From Kondoa subrosea (taxonomy: Eukaryota), in contig BCIN01000002.1 in NCBI GenBank assembly GCA_039545335.1, positions 1,191,118 to 1,255,117 on the forward strand: DNA of 64,000 bases, given 5' to 3'. The position numbers and the translations under genes were made by a program. Shown here piece after piece: positions 38,219 to 50,301 of the stretch (positions are counted from its first letter, which is position 1; the number at the start of each line of letters is the position of its first letter). The notes below the pieces were generated by a model. That model did not search any database and was not told where the DNA came from. It saw nothing but the letters and a program-made list of their open reading frames with translations.

Positions 38219-40141
38219 TCACCAATGCAAGACGATCACCCATACGGCAATTCCAAAAGCAGTACTTACTCCTAAGCCGCTAGCAACTGCCGCAATCCTA
38301 TTGATCATCACATGTTCTCCTACATCTTTTCTCATCACTCTTTGTCTTCCTTCACAAATATCCCTTTTCGATCCCACAGGACATCGACAAGGTATTACTT
38401 GTTCCTTTTCTGATCGAAGATAGAATCCACCAATAACCCAACAAAAAGGTCCAAGCAAGAATCCAAGAAGGAACAAAAGTTTCGCAGGTCGACTTTCAGC
38501 TTCAATCAACCAATCCCAATCTTCTTCTTCCTTTTGCTTCTGCTTTTCCTTGATAACTTCTGTTGGAGGATGAGTAGTAGAACGTAGAGCAGAAATTGAG
38601 AACCTTCTAGATAGTTTGCGGGAAGTAGATCGTTTGTGTCGATGTTGACCTATAGAATTGGCTGTTCTGGTTTTTGTACTTGACATGAGCCATAACGGTT
38701 TGAAACCACCAGATGGAGAAGATTCTTCTGGCAGTACTTCTTGAAAAGTATGAGGATCGAAATGAACGGCTGGGCCACTTTCTGAACCCAGTAGAGGCGA
38801 ACCAGGAGAAGGAGAAGGTGGACTCAAAGGAGAAGTTGGATTATTGTTGTTGCGTTCGTGGATAGATGCGCGAGTGATCGCTAGTGCCGGCACATTCTGT
38901 TCTTCGTCAAAACCTAGGCCAGTGATATCAGGCGGTCGCAAAGAGGGAGGCAGAGGTTTCGACTGATTTGGCGGAGATGGAAAGTTGAGTGAAGTAGGGG
39001 TGCCAGCTTGAGATGAAGGAGGAGATCGCAGACTGCTGAACAGGTTGAAAGGGAATGCTGTTCTTGGAGGTGAAGAGGATGATTTGTTGTCTTCTTCGCC
39101 CATATCATAATGTTGATGTAGAGCTACCGATCGACCTTGGCTGCTGCCTAGGCTGCTGTCCGGATCTGTAATCTGTATATGTGAATGCAGAGGCTGATGA
39201 GGTGTCTTTGGCGTAAGGACAGCATCGGAAAGAGGACTAGATAATTCTGTTCCTTTTGACCCTTTTCTACGATGCGGGAAGATTGAAGAAGTAGGCGTAT
39301 TGCCAGGAGAAGATGCGCGAGAAGAGCTGTTTGTGCTGCCGAGAAAGATTCGAAGTGGTGAAACACCTCTTCGCTTGCTATGCAGAGAAGGACTGGCCTC
39401 TGATTCAGAATATGGTGATGTTGACCTTGGCAAAGCCGGTGTTGAGTTATAACTATATCCAGCTGTCGGATCAGAGAAGGCTAAAGAGTCCCTTGAGATG
39501 CTTTGGGCGTATTGATCTGGAGTATAGTGATCCATTCCAGAAGCCGACCTCCCTCGACCATGAGCTGATCTTGAATCTGATAAAGCTGGCATAGGTACGA
39601 CTTCATCATAATCCCTTGACAGGTCCAAATCTACATCATCGCTTGAGTTGTCACTTTCCTGACTGGGTCGAGGATAATGTGGTAAGAGGTTTGTGCTGTT
39701 TCTGTAAGGGAATCCAGGTTGAACATGACCAGGAGTACTTTCGATTCGAAGTCTTCTGCGCTTGTTTGATGATGCAAGGGGTATCATTGTGATTGACTGC
39801 TGTGCTGCGATATGTTTAGTGAAGGGTTGAGATGTAGGAGGTGCCATGACTACCTGACATAAGCGAAAGTTGACAGGCCAGAGAGCCATTGACTCACCTC
39901 TCGCTAAGCTGTTGTCCGAGAAAGACGGCACCATTCCTGTTGTATATTGACCATCAGCTTGCTGTTCCCAGGCGTCTGTAAAGCTGTGCATGTTCTGCAA
40001 TAGTCGAGGAGAGCCGCTGTCGCTGTTCTGACTTGATGAAGCATAGGTCAGGGCAGGAGAAGAAGGCATTGAATCTGCTGAGCGAGACATGCGGAGTGTA
40101 TGTTCTGCAGGCGCCAAACGTCTAGAGTCGAAGGTTGCCAT
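38219..40141 (-). CDS. Uncharacterised Ser/Pro-rich protein with C-terminal membrane segments
   Basis: Uninterrupted 640-codon ORF from MATFDSRR; C-terminal LLFLLGFLLGPFCWVIGGFYL and a terminal hydrophobic helix. A 93-nt in-frame intron is possible near 39800-39900. Confidence 0.8.
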   Translation of the reverse strand: MATFDSRRLAPAEHTLRMSRSADSMPSSPALTYASSSQNSDSGSPRLLQNMHSFTDAWEQQADGQYTTGMVPSFSDNSLARGESMALWPVNFRLCQVVMAPPTSQPFTKHIAAQQSITMIPLASSNKRRRLRIESTPGHVQPGFPYRNSTNLLPHYPRPSQESDNSSDDVDLDLSRDYDEVVPMPALSDSRSAHGRGRSASGMDHYTPDQYAQSISRDSLAFSDPTAGYSYNSTPALPRSTSPYSESEASPSLHSKRRGVSPLRIFLGSTNSSSRASSPGNTPTSSIFPHRRKGSKGTELSSPLSDAVLTPKTPHQPLHSHIQITDPDSSLGSSQGRSVALHQHYDMGEEDNKSSSSPPRTAFPFNLFSSLRSPPSSQAGTPTSLNFPSPPNQSKPLPPSLRPPDITGLGFDEEQNVPALAITRASIHERNNNNPTSPLSPPSPSPGSPLLGSESGPAVHFDPHTFQEVLPEESSPSGGFKPLWLMSSTKTRTANSIGQHRHKRSTSRKLSRRFSISALRSTTHPPTEVIKEKQKQKEEEDWDWLIEAESRPAKLLFLLGFLLGPFCWVIGGFYLRSEKEQVIPCRCPVGSKRDICEGRQRVMRKDVGEHVMINRIAAVASGLGVSTAFGIAVWVIVLHW

Positions 40142-41230
40142 CTGAATATGTAAGAGGATCAGCAATGGTTGCCTTGACGACTGCCGCTCGCTTGCAAGCT
40201 GACCTTCTGGTATCAAAGAATGATACAGAGAGAAGAGAGAGACAGGAGATGTATATGAAAAGTTGTGCCAGAGTAAAAAGGCCAGCGAAACAACAAAGAA
40301 CAGAAGGCAATGATATAACGCCAAAAATTCCAGGCCACGGGAATGTGAGTGCCGTGAGAGGCGTCGTGAGTAGGTCGTCAAGGGTTCGTTACTGCTGTGT
40401 GAGAGTGTTGCTTGATGGTATTCGAATGACCTTCAATTTACCAAAACAACGAAGGCCTCGACGCGTCAAGTGCCGGTCTGGATTGCTATGTCATGTCAAG
40501 GTCGCAGCAGAGCAAGAGCAAAATCAAAGGAGATAGAGAGCGACCTCCTTCCAAAGCCGCGTGGCATCAAAATCGAAGAAATTCATGAAGACACTACTGT
40601 ACGCGTGGATAGACGAGCTACTGTATGGACTGGTCGCACAGCAGTCATTCGCTCTAAGAGATCTGTCTCTTGCTTGAGTTGGTCAGCTTTCCTAGATCTT
40701 TGTCTCGTGTTCATGTCATTCCCGTTCCAATTTCTTCTGATGATGAAAAGCGGCTTTGTCTTCCTCAACGGGCAGCATGGTTTTGTGCAGCGACGCTGTG
40801 AAGCTTCGTATGAGCCAATCAGCGACATTTCCGGATTCTCAGTCAGAGCAGCTCGGCGCAAATGGCACCGGTCGAACTGCTCATATCCTCTCTTGGTTCT
40901 TACAAACGGCATGTTTACATGCAGATGGGCACGAAATGTGTACACAAGGTAGCGAGCCGGACTTCGAAGCACGTCTTTACTGGGTCTAGCAAGTTTTCGT
41001 GGCAATGCAAACGAATTTGCTTGAGATTGATATGTTGCATCTGATTTAGACTTACTGCAAGAGATTTTCCAGATCATGATCAGATTTAGGCAGGCTTCCT
41101 TCCTAGTCGTGCTATTAAATTTCCCTTTGTATTTCTGCTCTCTCCTTACCAGGAATTTCTTTTCTGGCTTCTCTTCCCCTTACCTTTCTCTTTTTCTCTT
41201 CTCCTGTTATATTACTAGCTGGCTAGCAAT

Positions 41231-42114
41231 ATGGGTCTACTTCAAAGATTTACTACCAAGACCAACCCCAACGTAGGCTACCGGGTCGTCAGCAGCAATG
41301 TTCCACCCTCCAAACGAGGCGGAGCAGCGCTCTTCTTGAATCAACGGCAGCCTCCTCGTATTACTCAACCATCTGCTGTACCTCATCGACCTACTTATCA
41401 AGATGTTCGCAACGACCCGACTGCCTTTTATAATAGTTCGCTGACATCTCGCACCGCCTGGTAGAAGTCTCATTCTCTTGCTTAGGAGGTCATACGATAG
41501 ACAGAACCACTGTATTGGTGCAATCTGCGAACTTCCAAACCCGCGCTGGCTATAACATTAATATTTCATCGGAAGTAAGCCATCCACGATATTCAATTCC
41601 GCCGGCCTGATGACCGCGTTATTCACAGAGGCACGATGAGATCAGTCAGCAGCTGGCTAATATGAGATCATCAATGTCACAACCTGCGCATTCTCAAGAT
41701 CCCAAGGCTGTTCAGTCTCAGGCTTATTTCAAGCACTCTTCATTGGGATCCAACGCGACGTCGTCTTCATCCCAAAGCGTTTCTTCTGGATTTGTGCGTC
41801 AATCTTTGGTCGGGGGATCTTTGCAAAGATCTTCCGCTATCAGAGTCAGCCGCAAAGCAAATGGTACGGATCGACCATTTGGTTTGGAGGCACGAGCAGA
41901 ACAGAGAAGAGAGGTAAACTGACTAATCTCGGTCGCGCAAGGCTTACCAGTAGTGACACAGGCTAATCAGGCGAGAGAGGCGGAAGAGGCGAAAGAGGCG
42001 GAAGAGGCGAACCGGGCGAAAGCTGGACGACAGCCTCTGATGGGCAAGTACGGTATGATTCCAGCCGCAACGAGAACCAATGAAAGCAAGGGCAAATTCA
42101 TAGAGCACTTTTAG
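41231..42114 (+). CDS. Hypothetical spliced orphan protein (~220 aa)
   Basis: Five exons join in frame through four ~50-60 nt GT-AG introns; no recognisable domain. Confidence 0.5.
41969..42021 (+). repeat. Imperfect 9-bp tandem repeat (GAGGCGRAA) encoding EAE/EAK units
   Basis: caggcgaga gaggcggaa gaggcgaaa gaggcggaa gaggcgaac cgggcgaaa. Confidence 0.8.
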
Positions 42115-42310
42115 ATCCATTAGGGAGACATCGCTGGTCGATGGTTTGAGGTCTTTTGGAAGTCTATATTGCAACGATCTTCATCTTTTACTTCTATTCA
42201 GACACCTTCTTGCATCTAGTAGCGTGCAAGGAATAGCCTGGAAATATGGCCCGATACTTTCACCACTTGACGGATCTGCTTATCGCCTCTGACTTCTCAA
42301 GCGACGAGCT

Positions 42311-43195
42311 ATGCAATCCCAGATACTCTCATTACTGCATCAAGCAGATTCCCTAGCACCTGCATTCAGAGTCAGCCTTGCTTCTCTGTCAATGCAACCG
42401 CGTCTTATACAAATGTAAACAGGCCTCACACGATCAAGCAGCTCGCTTGGCTTCCTCAGTCTATGCCTCAACAGCTCAGATACAGAATTTGCAATCACTC
42501 ATAGCGCGATATCCTCAGCCTAATGCAGTAAGAGACAGAACATTGGTCAAACTGCAGGAAGCTATAGAAGAGGCCTTAGGTTTGCAGTTGAAGCTCAGAA
42601 TTGAGACACGGCTGATGCGTATGATAGCTGGGATACGAGAGCAATTAGTCAAGATGGAAGCTTGTGTAGAACAGCTCAAGAACTTGCTCTTCCAGGTCGA
42701 GTGAGTTTTGTCATCTATGACCTTAGTTACGGGGCTGACTAGTATACAGCCTTTTCTTTGCGGATCCTCAATCAGCTATGCAATTCGGTGAGCCTGACTC
42801 GCTTTGACTGTTGGTCAAGCTCACTCGAAGATGCAGCCGGTAATGGGCAAGAAGCTCTGCGGCATGTTGATAATCTCTGTAGGTTCTCTTTACTCAATGT
42901 GGTCTTGTCTGATTGATGTGCATAGATCACTCGTATCAAGGCGAACTGCTGGAGAAACGTGAAGTAAGCTTTGACTTCCGGTGAACTTTGACTGTCGCTG
43001 ATAATGAACTGTAGCTGTACGGTCTTAGCTCCTCTAATCGTACAGGACTTATCGTAGTATAGTTTATCATCTTTCACCTGCGAAGAAATATCAGCAGAAG
43101 AGTTCGCTTACACGTGGAAGAAAACCGATGTGCTTCAAATGGGCGATGATGCGTCAATGGATGATCTGCTCAAAGGAATGAACAGTTTTGGGTAA
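42311..43195 (+). CDS. Small all-helical protein, possibly C1orf109/AIRIM-like
   Basis: Multi-exon model keeps frame: MQSQILSLL...ARYPQPNAVRDRTLVKLQEAIEEALAGIREQL...ALRHVDNLYHSYQGELLEKRE.LSSFTCEEISAEEFAYTWKK. The family assignment is by eye only. Confidence 0.6.
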
Positions 43196-43293
43196 ATCAA
43201 TTGCATGCGTATGCTATAATACATTGTAAAGTCTGCTCTATTGACATTTAGAAATCTAATTGTACAAAACCCTTGTTTCATAAGATATCGACA

Positions 43294-44446
43294 TCATACT
43301 TCTGCCATGACATTCGTTTCTTTATTCCTTGATCTTACTGGGTATTCAATACGATTGATAGTGAAGAGCGGATGACACCAGCTGAAAAGATACCTCATCA
43401 ATCTATGTCGATGAAGAGGAGGAGGAAGACTTACGCAAGAGTTGCGAAAGCAAAGAACATAGGCAATGCATCCAAGCATGCAACATAGACTTCAACAGTT
43501 GCGAGTTTCCCACTGAATCCTTCGCTGAGTTCAGCTTCACGACTATATCAAATGGATCAGACTCGCATAAAAGAGGACGAGTGAGCTTACAATCCGTTTC
43601 TGAACACGATAAGCACATTGACTATCATCACACCGACATAAGTCTTCCATACTGCTTGACCACCAGTAGCTTTGACTGATTGTTTGGTGTCCTTCTTCAT
43701 TTGGCGGAAATAATCCCACGTAAGGATAGCGAAGAGAACGGTATTGAATAATTGAAAGGAAATACCAGCAAGATATATCGATTGACCGCGTTCTAAGAAT
43801 GCGTTTCAGCAAAAAGGTCAAAGAAAGGCAAGAGGGAAATACTCACGGAGTAAATCATTATCTCCATTCGCTCCTGCTTGACCACACATAGCACCACCTG
43901 TACCTTGTAATGCTAGACAAACGATATCGACACAAATGAAGAAAATGATGAAAGTTCTTGGTTTGAAGCGAGACCATTGGGAACCAACTCGAGGTATAAG
44001 TTTACCCATCAAAGCATAGCATGTTGCCTATACACAGTGTTAACTATGTTTCGAGAGGAAAAGAGGGAGCTAACTCACGCTGAAGAAGACTGGACCAATG
44101 ACAAGCGTCACTTGCTGCACGAGATACAGCCCAAGTCCGTATGGTGAATAATGACCTCCTAGTCTCGCTCCCCATCCTATAACTTCACAAGCTCCTCCAA
44201 TCGCAGCTACTATACCCCACCAAGTGCGTGCTTTGATAGTTAAGAAGAGATGGAGAAGAGTGAGAAGGGAGAAGACGACGATATAAATAACGGATAGAGG
44301 AATAGTTGGGATGAAGCCAACTACAGGAGCGGAAGATTATCAGGCATTGATAGAAGATTTCAGAAGTGCGCGCGTCATCACTTACAAAAATTGTAAAGGT
44401 CGGACTGCCAATTTGGATCTTGTTGTCTTGCGATAAGAGTTGACAT
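43294..44446 (-). CDS. RTA1-family (lipid-translocating exporter) 7-TM protein
   Basis: GGACEVIGWGAR, QVTLVIGPVFFSA..Y..MG, SRFKPR..IIFFICVDIVCLALQGTGG, AGISFQL, ELSEGFSG, CLDALPM...HP. Confidence 0.9.
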
Positions 44447-44953
44447 CTTATGGGAGTAGAGGTATGCGGTAGCTAGTAGAAGAACAGGAAATCAGAGAAA
44501 TCGCATTTTATTCGATGCCGAGTTCCCTACCCGACCAAATCGCCGAGGCCGCACTTACGGAATGTAACAGGATATCAATCGTCGGACACTCGGACTATGC
44601 TATGCCCAGGCGTAGTTTAGTTCAGACGTCACACAAGCCAAATGATAACATGTTGCATACTTGGGGACACATGCTGAAACTCAGATAAGGGGTTTCATCC
44701 TTACACAGTGTAGATATTGAGAACTTTAGGCCAGAATTGAACAAGCAGACACAGACTCCCGACTCGTGATACTGGATCAATCTGATTACATTATCCTTCG
44801 AGCGAACCGCCAACTCGCTTTGTGCCGACGATTGCCAGATGTGCATCAGCGTGCATTAGCTATCACATATGACCAGAGCAGCCTGAGATAACCCAATTCA
44901 CGACACACATACCCCGTAAACAAATTGTGATAAGATACCATTTGGCTAGAACA

Positions 44954-47900
44954 ATGCCAGAGGCTGCTTTACTACCGCTTGTCGACGATGAGCGCAAGGC
45001 CGCCTTGACTACGGCGTCTGGCGAAACACCATTGTCCTCGAGCGAGATTGAACTACCTATCGAACTATCCAATGCAAGCAAGATGAACAATCTGGCTAGA
45101 TCCACTTTGCAATCGAATGCTTCAATGCATGGCCGAGATAACGGAAGCATCAGCGTCGGACATCAGAGTTTGCTACAGTAAGTTCAAACCTTGATTGTCT
45201 CATGGTCTCCTGTCTGTGTCAAACTCAAGATACAACTTGGCGTGGTGCTGCGTGTGCTATAGGCCTCATCAAGATCCTCTTTATAGGATTGCTCGTTCTG
45301 CGGAAAGCGCTTTATCACGTCTTTGCGCAACAAATGAAGTCAGCCTTCGAAAGCCCTTTGTTGTGTCTTTGCGCGGCAAATCAAGCCAGCCTTGATCCGC
45401 TTGACGATTCGCGGCCAGACATCATCTCAGCAAATTCTTTGCCCGTTTCAGATCGCGCTTGACTATATGAAGAGCTTGAAGTAATGTACAGCTTAGGCGG
45501 ACTTTGTCTGATGTCGTGTCTTCTTTTGCCATCTAGAATGATCAATGTCTTTGGAATGGACATGGGACAAGCTTATGAAGAAGTAGATTCAGATACAGAA
45601 GAGAATGATCACTTTCAGCAAGACGATTCTGATCGAGAAGATGATTGTGAGGGCGAAATTCTAAAGAAAGAAGAGAAAGCATCATCTTACTTTTCTTGAT
45701 GTGCTTTGACTAGATAACAGACAAGATCCTATGACTTCTTCTCTCAATGCTATATACAAGGCTGCATCGTCAGCTGGTTCGCCTTCAGCAAGTCGTACTT
45801 CATCCCAATTTCGGATGTCCGGACAAGAAGAGATGGAAGCTTCTTCCGCCTCTGAGAGCGATAGCGGTGATGAAGCTCTGAAGGGCTCGCATAAAGCACA
45901 GGAAGCCGTTTCGACCCGATCTTCCACGATATCATCGACGTCAATCGAACAAATCGAGAGTAGAAGAGAGGGAAGCTCCTCGTCTCTCTATACCTATGCT
46001 CAATCGCCGAAACGAAGACGGTCGCGTTCAAAGAAACGGCCACTTTCAGATGCTGTAGAGAAACGAGATATCTTAGCTCAAAAACTTCAGGAAGTCTTTT
46101 CTCTCCCTCAAAAGGAAGAGATCGTTGCTGGTTAGTCTCTCCAGCTGAAACTGTGTAGCTCATACACTGACGATGAAGCCAGAATATTCGGCTTTCTTGT
46201 TCAGATCTGTTCTGCTTCAAGGTTATTTATACCTTACTAAGCGCCACATATGCTTCTATGCCTACCTCAAAGCAAAAGAAGGTCAAGTCATTCGATCAGG
46301 CCATTTGGCAAAAAGAGCAACAAAGTCCAGACGATATTTGAGACGATGGTAAGCTCTTCTCTCTACCGTATTCGGCGAGTCTGAAACAACGTACGCAGGT
46401 TTGTGCTTAAAGATGCTGTACTGAGCTGGTACACGAGTTCTGCTGTACATTTTGGACTTGATAAGGAGACTTATCAGAGCTGAATGTAGTATTAGGACCC
46501 TTACTTTCCGGCTGGTGATGTATCGCTACACTATATCACCTCTGTAGAAGCATCTTTGAAGAACTCTAAGCACTTCAAAGTCATCACTGCCGATAGAAGA
46601 CTACATTTTGCAGCGGATTCTGTCAACTCAAGAGATGACTGGGTCAAGATATTGAAGCGAGTAGTGTTTCAATGTCAGAATCAAGGCGACAGCGTCAAGG
46701 TCAGCTTTTTCATTGCTTGCAAATGTATGCATTGCGCTGATAGTCTCGAATACAGATTGCTATCCCGTTGTCTCGTGTGGTCTCGGTTGCGAAAACTTCC
46801 TTGGAAATCATTGATGCACTTTCTATTCGTATACATGATCAAGAGAATGGCGACTCGATCGAAACTTATCCTTTCTGCTATTTCTCCAATCTTCAAGAGG
46901 TCTACGAGAAAGTCCGGGACTTAGTTGAAGAAGCTAAATTGGATCCAGACGCAGATGATAGCTCATTGCCAGCTGTCCTTGATACCACCTCTCATCCGGC
47001 GCCTCAACATAATGCAAATGAATCTAGCCTCCCTCATGGCCAGACAGACCTTCCTGCACCAGTTCGACTGTCACGCGCTTCATCGATCAGTGGAGGATAC
47101 CTGGCAGAATGGGCACGCAAGTTGCGCTTAGTCAACACGTCCGATAGTTCGACCCCGATAACGAAGTCTAGCGCTTTACCTGTTTCTACACCGCCAGAAA
47201 GTTCCATAGCTACTCTGCGTCAAAAGGATGTAGTGGATGCGCAATCTGTTCGACCTTCTTCACCTTCCCGAGCCTCGACACTCCCGACTTCTGGCCATAC
47301 TTATCCTCCCTCGACTGACACAGAGGATAGTGCAATGAATCAAGGCTTACTACACCACTGGGTTGGCAGTGGTGTACCTATGTGGATGCGAAATGCGCCG
47401 TATAAGCTAGTCTCAGCTACACCTATCTTAGGCTCTCTGGGTAAAGCTGCATTTGGTCAAGGTCCTGCGGCAGGTCGATCTAGACCAGATACAGTCACTT
47501 CCAATGACTTCGACGAAACTCCAGATACGCCTCTGCAGCACGAACTGTCGCATTACAACCTACCTGCGCCAGAGAAAGTTTTGCAGCGAGAAAACTGCTG
47601 CCTGTTCCGTGTTCTGCCTGTCATGGGTAAAATATGCATTACGGACAAGCATGTTTGCTTTCGTTCCACTCAGTTGCTCAGCAAGACCAGAGTAAGTAGA
47701 TCAATGCATACCGGAATCATCTCACTGATCAGTTATCACAGATGGTTTTGCCAATTCGAGACATCATCGCTGCTCAGAAGTCAAAGGCCTACAGCTTTGG
47801 CTATAGCGGTCTAATATTGATTGTTCGTGGTCATGAAGAGCTCTTTCTCGAATTTGGTACCAAAGAAGCCAGGAATAGCATCAGGAGCAGCATCGATCGC

Positions 47901-50117
47901 AAGGTTGAGGCCCATCGAAGGAAGACTGCGGCTGTTCAGCTTCAGTCGTCGTCTCAAGATGAAGATGAATGCACAGCGTTGCGCGAGCTGATCTCGCCGC
48001 CAGAACCGCCTGCAGAACTGATTCATCAGAGCGGGTCTGATGTTCCTCCAGTGATGTTTCAGTCAAGTTCGTCCTCTTTCGTGACGTTCCGACCGGACCA
48101 GCCTTTGCGCTTTACCTGTCTCACCATCGGTGAGCTTTGCGCATACCCTCAAATAGCTCCGTTCTAACAGCAATGTCAGGCTCTCGTGGGGATGTGCAGC
48201 CATATATAGCTCTCTGCAAAGGTCTTATTGCCGAAGGCCACAAATGCAAGATAGCTAGTCATCCTGAATATCGCGATTGGGTAGAAGGTCATGGCATTTC
48301 TTTCTCTCCAGTTGGTGGAGATCCTGCGGAGCTCATGAAGATCTGCGTCGAGAACGGAATGTTTACAGTGGCCTTTCTCAGGGAAGGCTTAGCCAAAGTC
48401 AGTTTTGATGCCCTGCTTGTTGTCCGTCACTAACATTAATGCTGCTTATCAGTTTCGAGGCTGGCTTGACGAGCTTCTAGTGTCATCATGGCATGCCTGT
48501 CAAGATAGCGATGTTCTCATTGAAAGTCCAAGCACGATGGCTGGCATTCACATTGCAGAGGCGCTGCAAATACCATATTGTAGGGTTGACCTCTGAACTG
48601 ATTGGCATTGGACTAAACTGAGTCGTGTCACGTGTAGATCGTGCATTCACGATGACTTGGAGCCGGACAAGAGCTTACCCGCACGCGTGAGTTCAGGCTG
48701 TTTTGGCTTTGTACATTGTAGTAATCCAGAGCTTCCAGATTTGCTGTTCCGGAAGTCAAATTAGGAGGACAATACAACTACATGACATATACCATGTTCG
48801 ATTCTGTATTCTGGCGAGCTATCTCTGGTCAGATCAATAGATGGCGCAAAAGAACGCTCGGTCTTCATGCCACCAGCTTGGATAAGATGGAACAGCAGAA
48901 GACACCTTTCCTATATAACTTTTCTCCCTCTGTAGTACCGCCGCGTGAGTCTCGCTTATGTCGAAATGACTCGAGCAATGCAATGACTGTTGGTATAGCG
49001 TTAGACTGGCCTGAATGGATCCACGTTACTGGCTACTGGTTTCTGGATACGCCGGACGATTCGCAAAAGAAGAAATGGGAAGCCCCGTGTGATCTACTGG
49101 ACTTCATGGCTAATGCAAAAAAGTTGGAGAAGAAGCTCGTCTACATAGGCTTTGGTTCAATTGTCGTCAGCGATCCAGAGGGTCTGACCCGGATAGTGAA
49201 TCTGGCTGTTGAGAGAAGTGGAGTTCACGCTATTGTTTGCAAGGGATGGTCTGCTCGCCTCACACTCCCATCAGATTCAATCGATATGAAGCGAGAGAAG
49301 GAACGCAGTGAGCTGACAGAACGGAGTTTGCTATCTGAAGCAATCTATACCATTGACGTGAGTCCGCTTCCTTTGTAAGGACACTTACTTAGAGCTCAGA
49401 CTGCTTACAGTCAATACCGCATGACTGGTTATTTGAAAGGATAGATGCTGCATGTCATCACGGCGGCTCAGGTACTACTGGTGCGAGCTTACGAGCTGGT
49501 TTGCCCACTATCATCAGGCCGTTCTTCGGGTCAGTGCTTTCATGGCTGCTTGACTGACGCTAAAATTGTCACTAGTGATCAATTCTTTCAAGCGGGTAGG
49601 CGGACTAGAACGTCTATGCGGGTGAGAAAAAATTTGACCTGAATTTGTGAACAGATCGGGTAGAAGCATTAGGGGTTGGCACCGCTTTGCGCAGGTTGAC
49701 TGTCGATTCGCTCTCCAAGGCTCTTATTACGGCTACATCGGACTCAAGACAGATCCTGAGAGCGAAGTGCCTGGGCGAGGACATTCGCAAGGTAAGACAC
49801 CGTTGAAACATTGGCACGACCTCAAGCTGATACACCACTTCTTAGGAGAATGGAGTTGCAGTCGCAATAGAGACTATATTCAGGGACTATGAATATGCAA
49901 AGTCACTAATCAAGGTGATTTCCTTCCAGAAACAGCCACAACAAGATCTCATTGCCATTTTGGACAGATTAACACTAAATTGAACGCCGAAGATACGAAG
50001 CAGATTGACACGACCGAAGGCAATAGATCGAGATCTCTGAGCGAGTCAAGTTGGGATGCCTCTTTCGACCAAACTTCCAACGAGGACGTGATGTCTCGAG
50101 GTAGCATCTCTGCCTAG
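44954..50117 (+). CDS. ATG26: Sterol 3-beta-glucosyltransferase (GRAM-PH-GRAM-GT1)
   Basis: GRAM ([17 protein letters not shown]), PH (GHLAKR...RRWFVLKD...DDWVKIL), second [81 protein letters not shown]. Confidence 0.96.
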
Positions 50118-50301
50118 CAGCCAAACCTAGAGGGCATGCGCTCTTGCTATCAAAGCAGCGAGCACAAGATGTGAATATGTAAAACTGAACTGTACAGGTA
50201 TTTACGGAAATTTTGTATCAAGGGACACTTGCTGTATGTAACATTGTTGTCTTGTGTATTACATGATTTAGCATAGCATTGTCATCACTCTCATTGCATA
50301 C

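Noticed and set aside
40470..41077. Overlapping 160-aa ORFs on both strands upstream of the Ser/Pro-rich gene
   Set aside because: No domain or splice support; could be promoter sequence.
45460..45465. TGA-CTA readthrough motif between two same-frame ORFs in ATG26
   Set aside because: A consistent splice model reads this stretch in another frame ([10 protein letters not shown]), so the TGA is not a stop.
50115..50174. Readthrough extension of ATG26 ending in ...EHKM as a cryptic peroxisomal signal
   Set aside because: HKM is not a canonical PTS1 and the stop context is not TGA-CTA.
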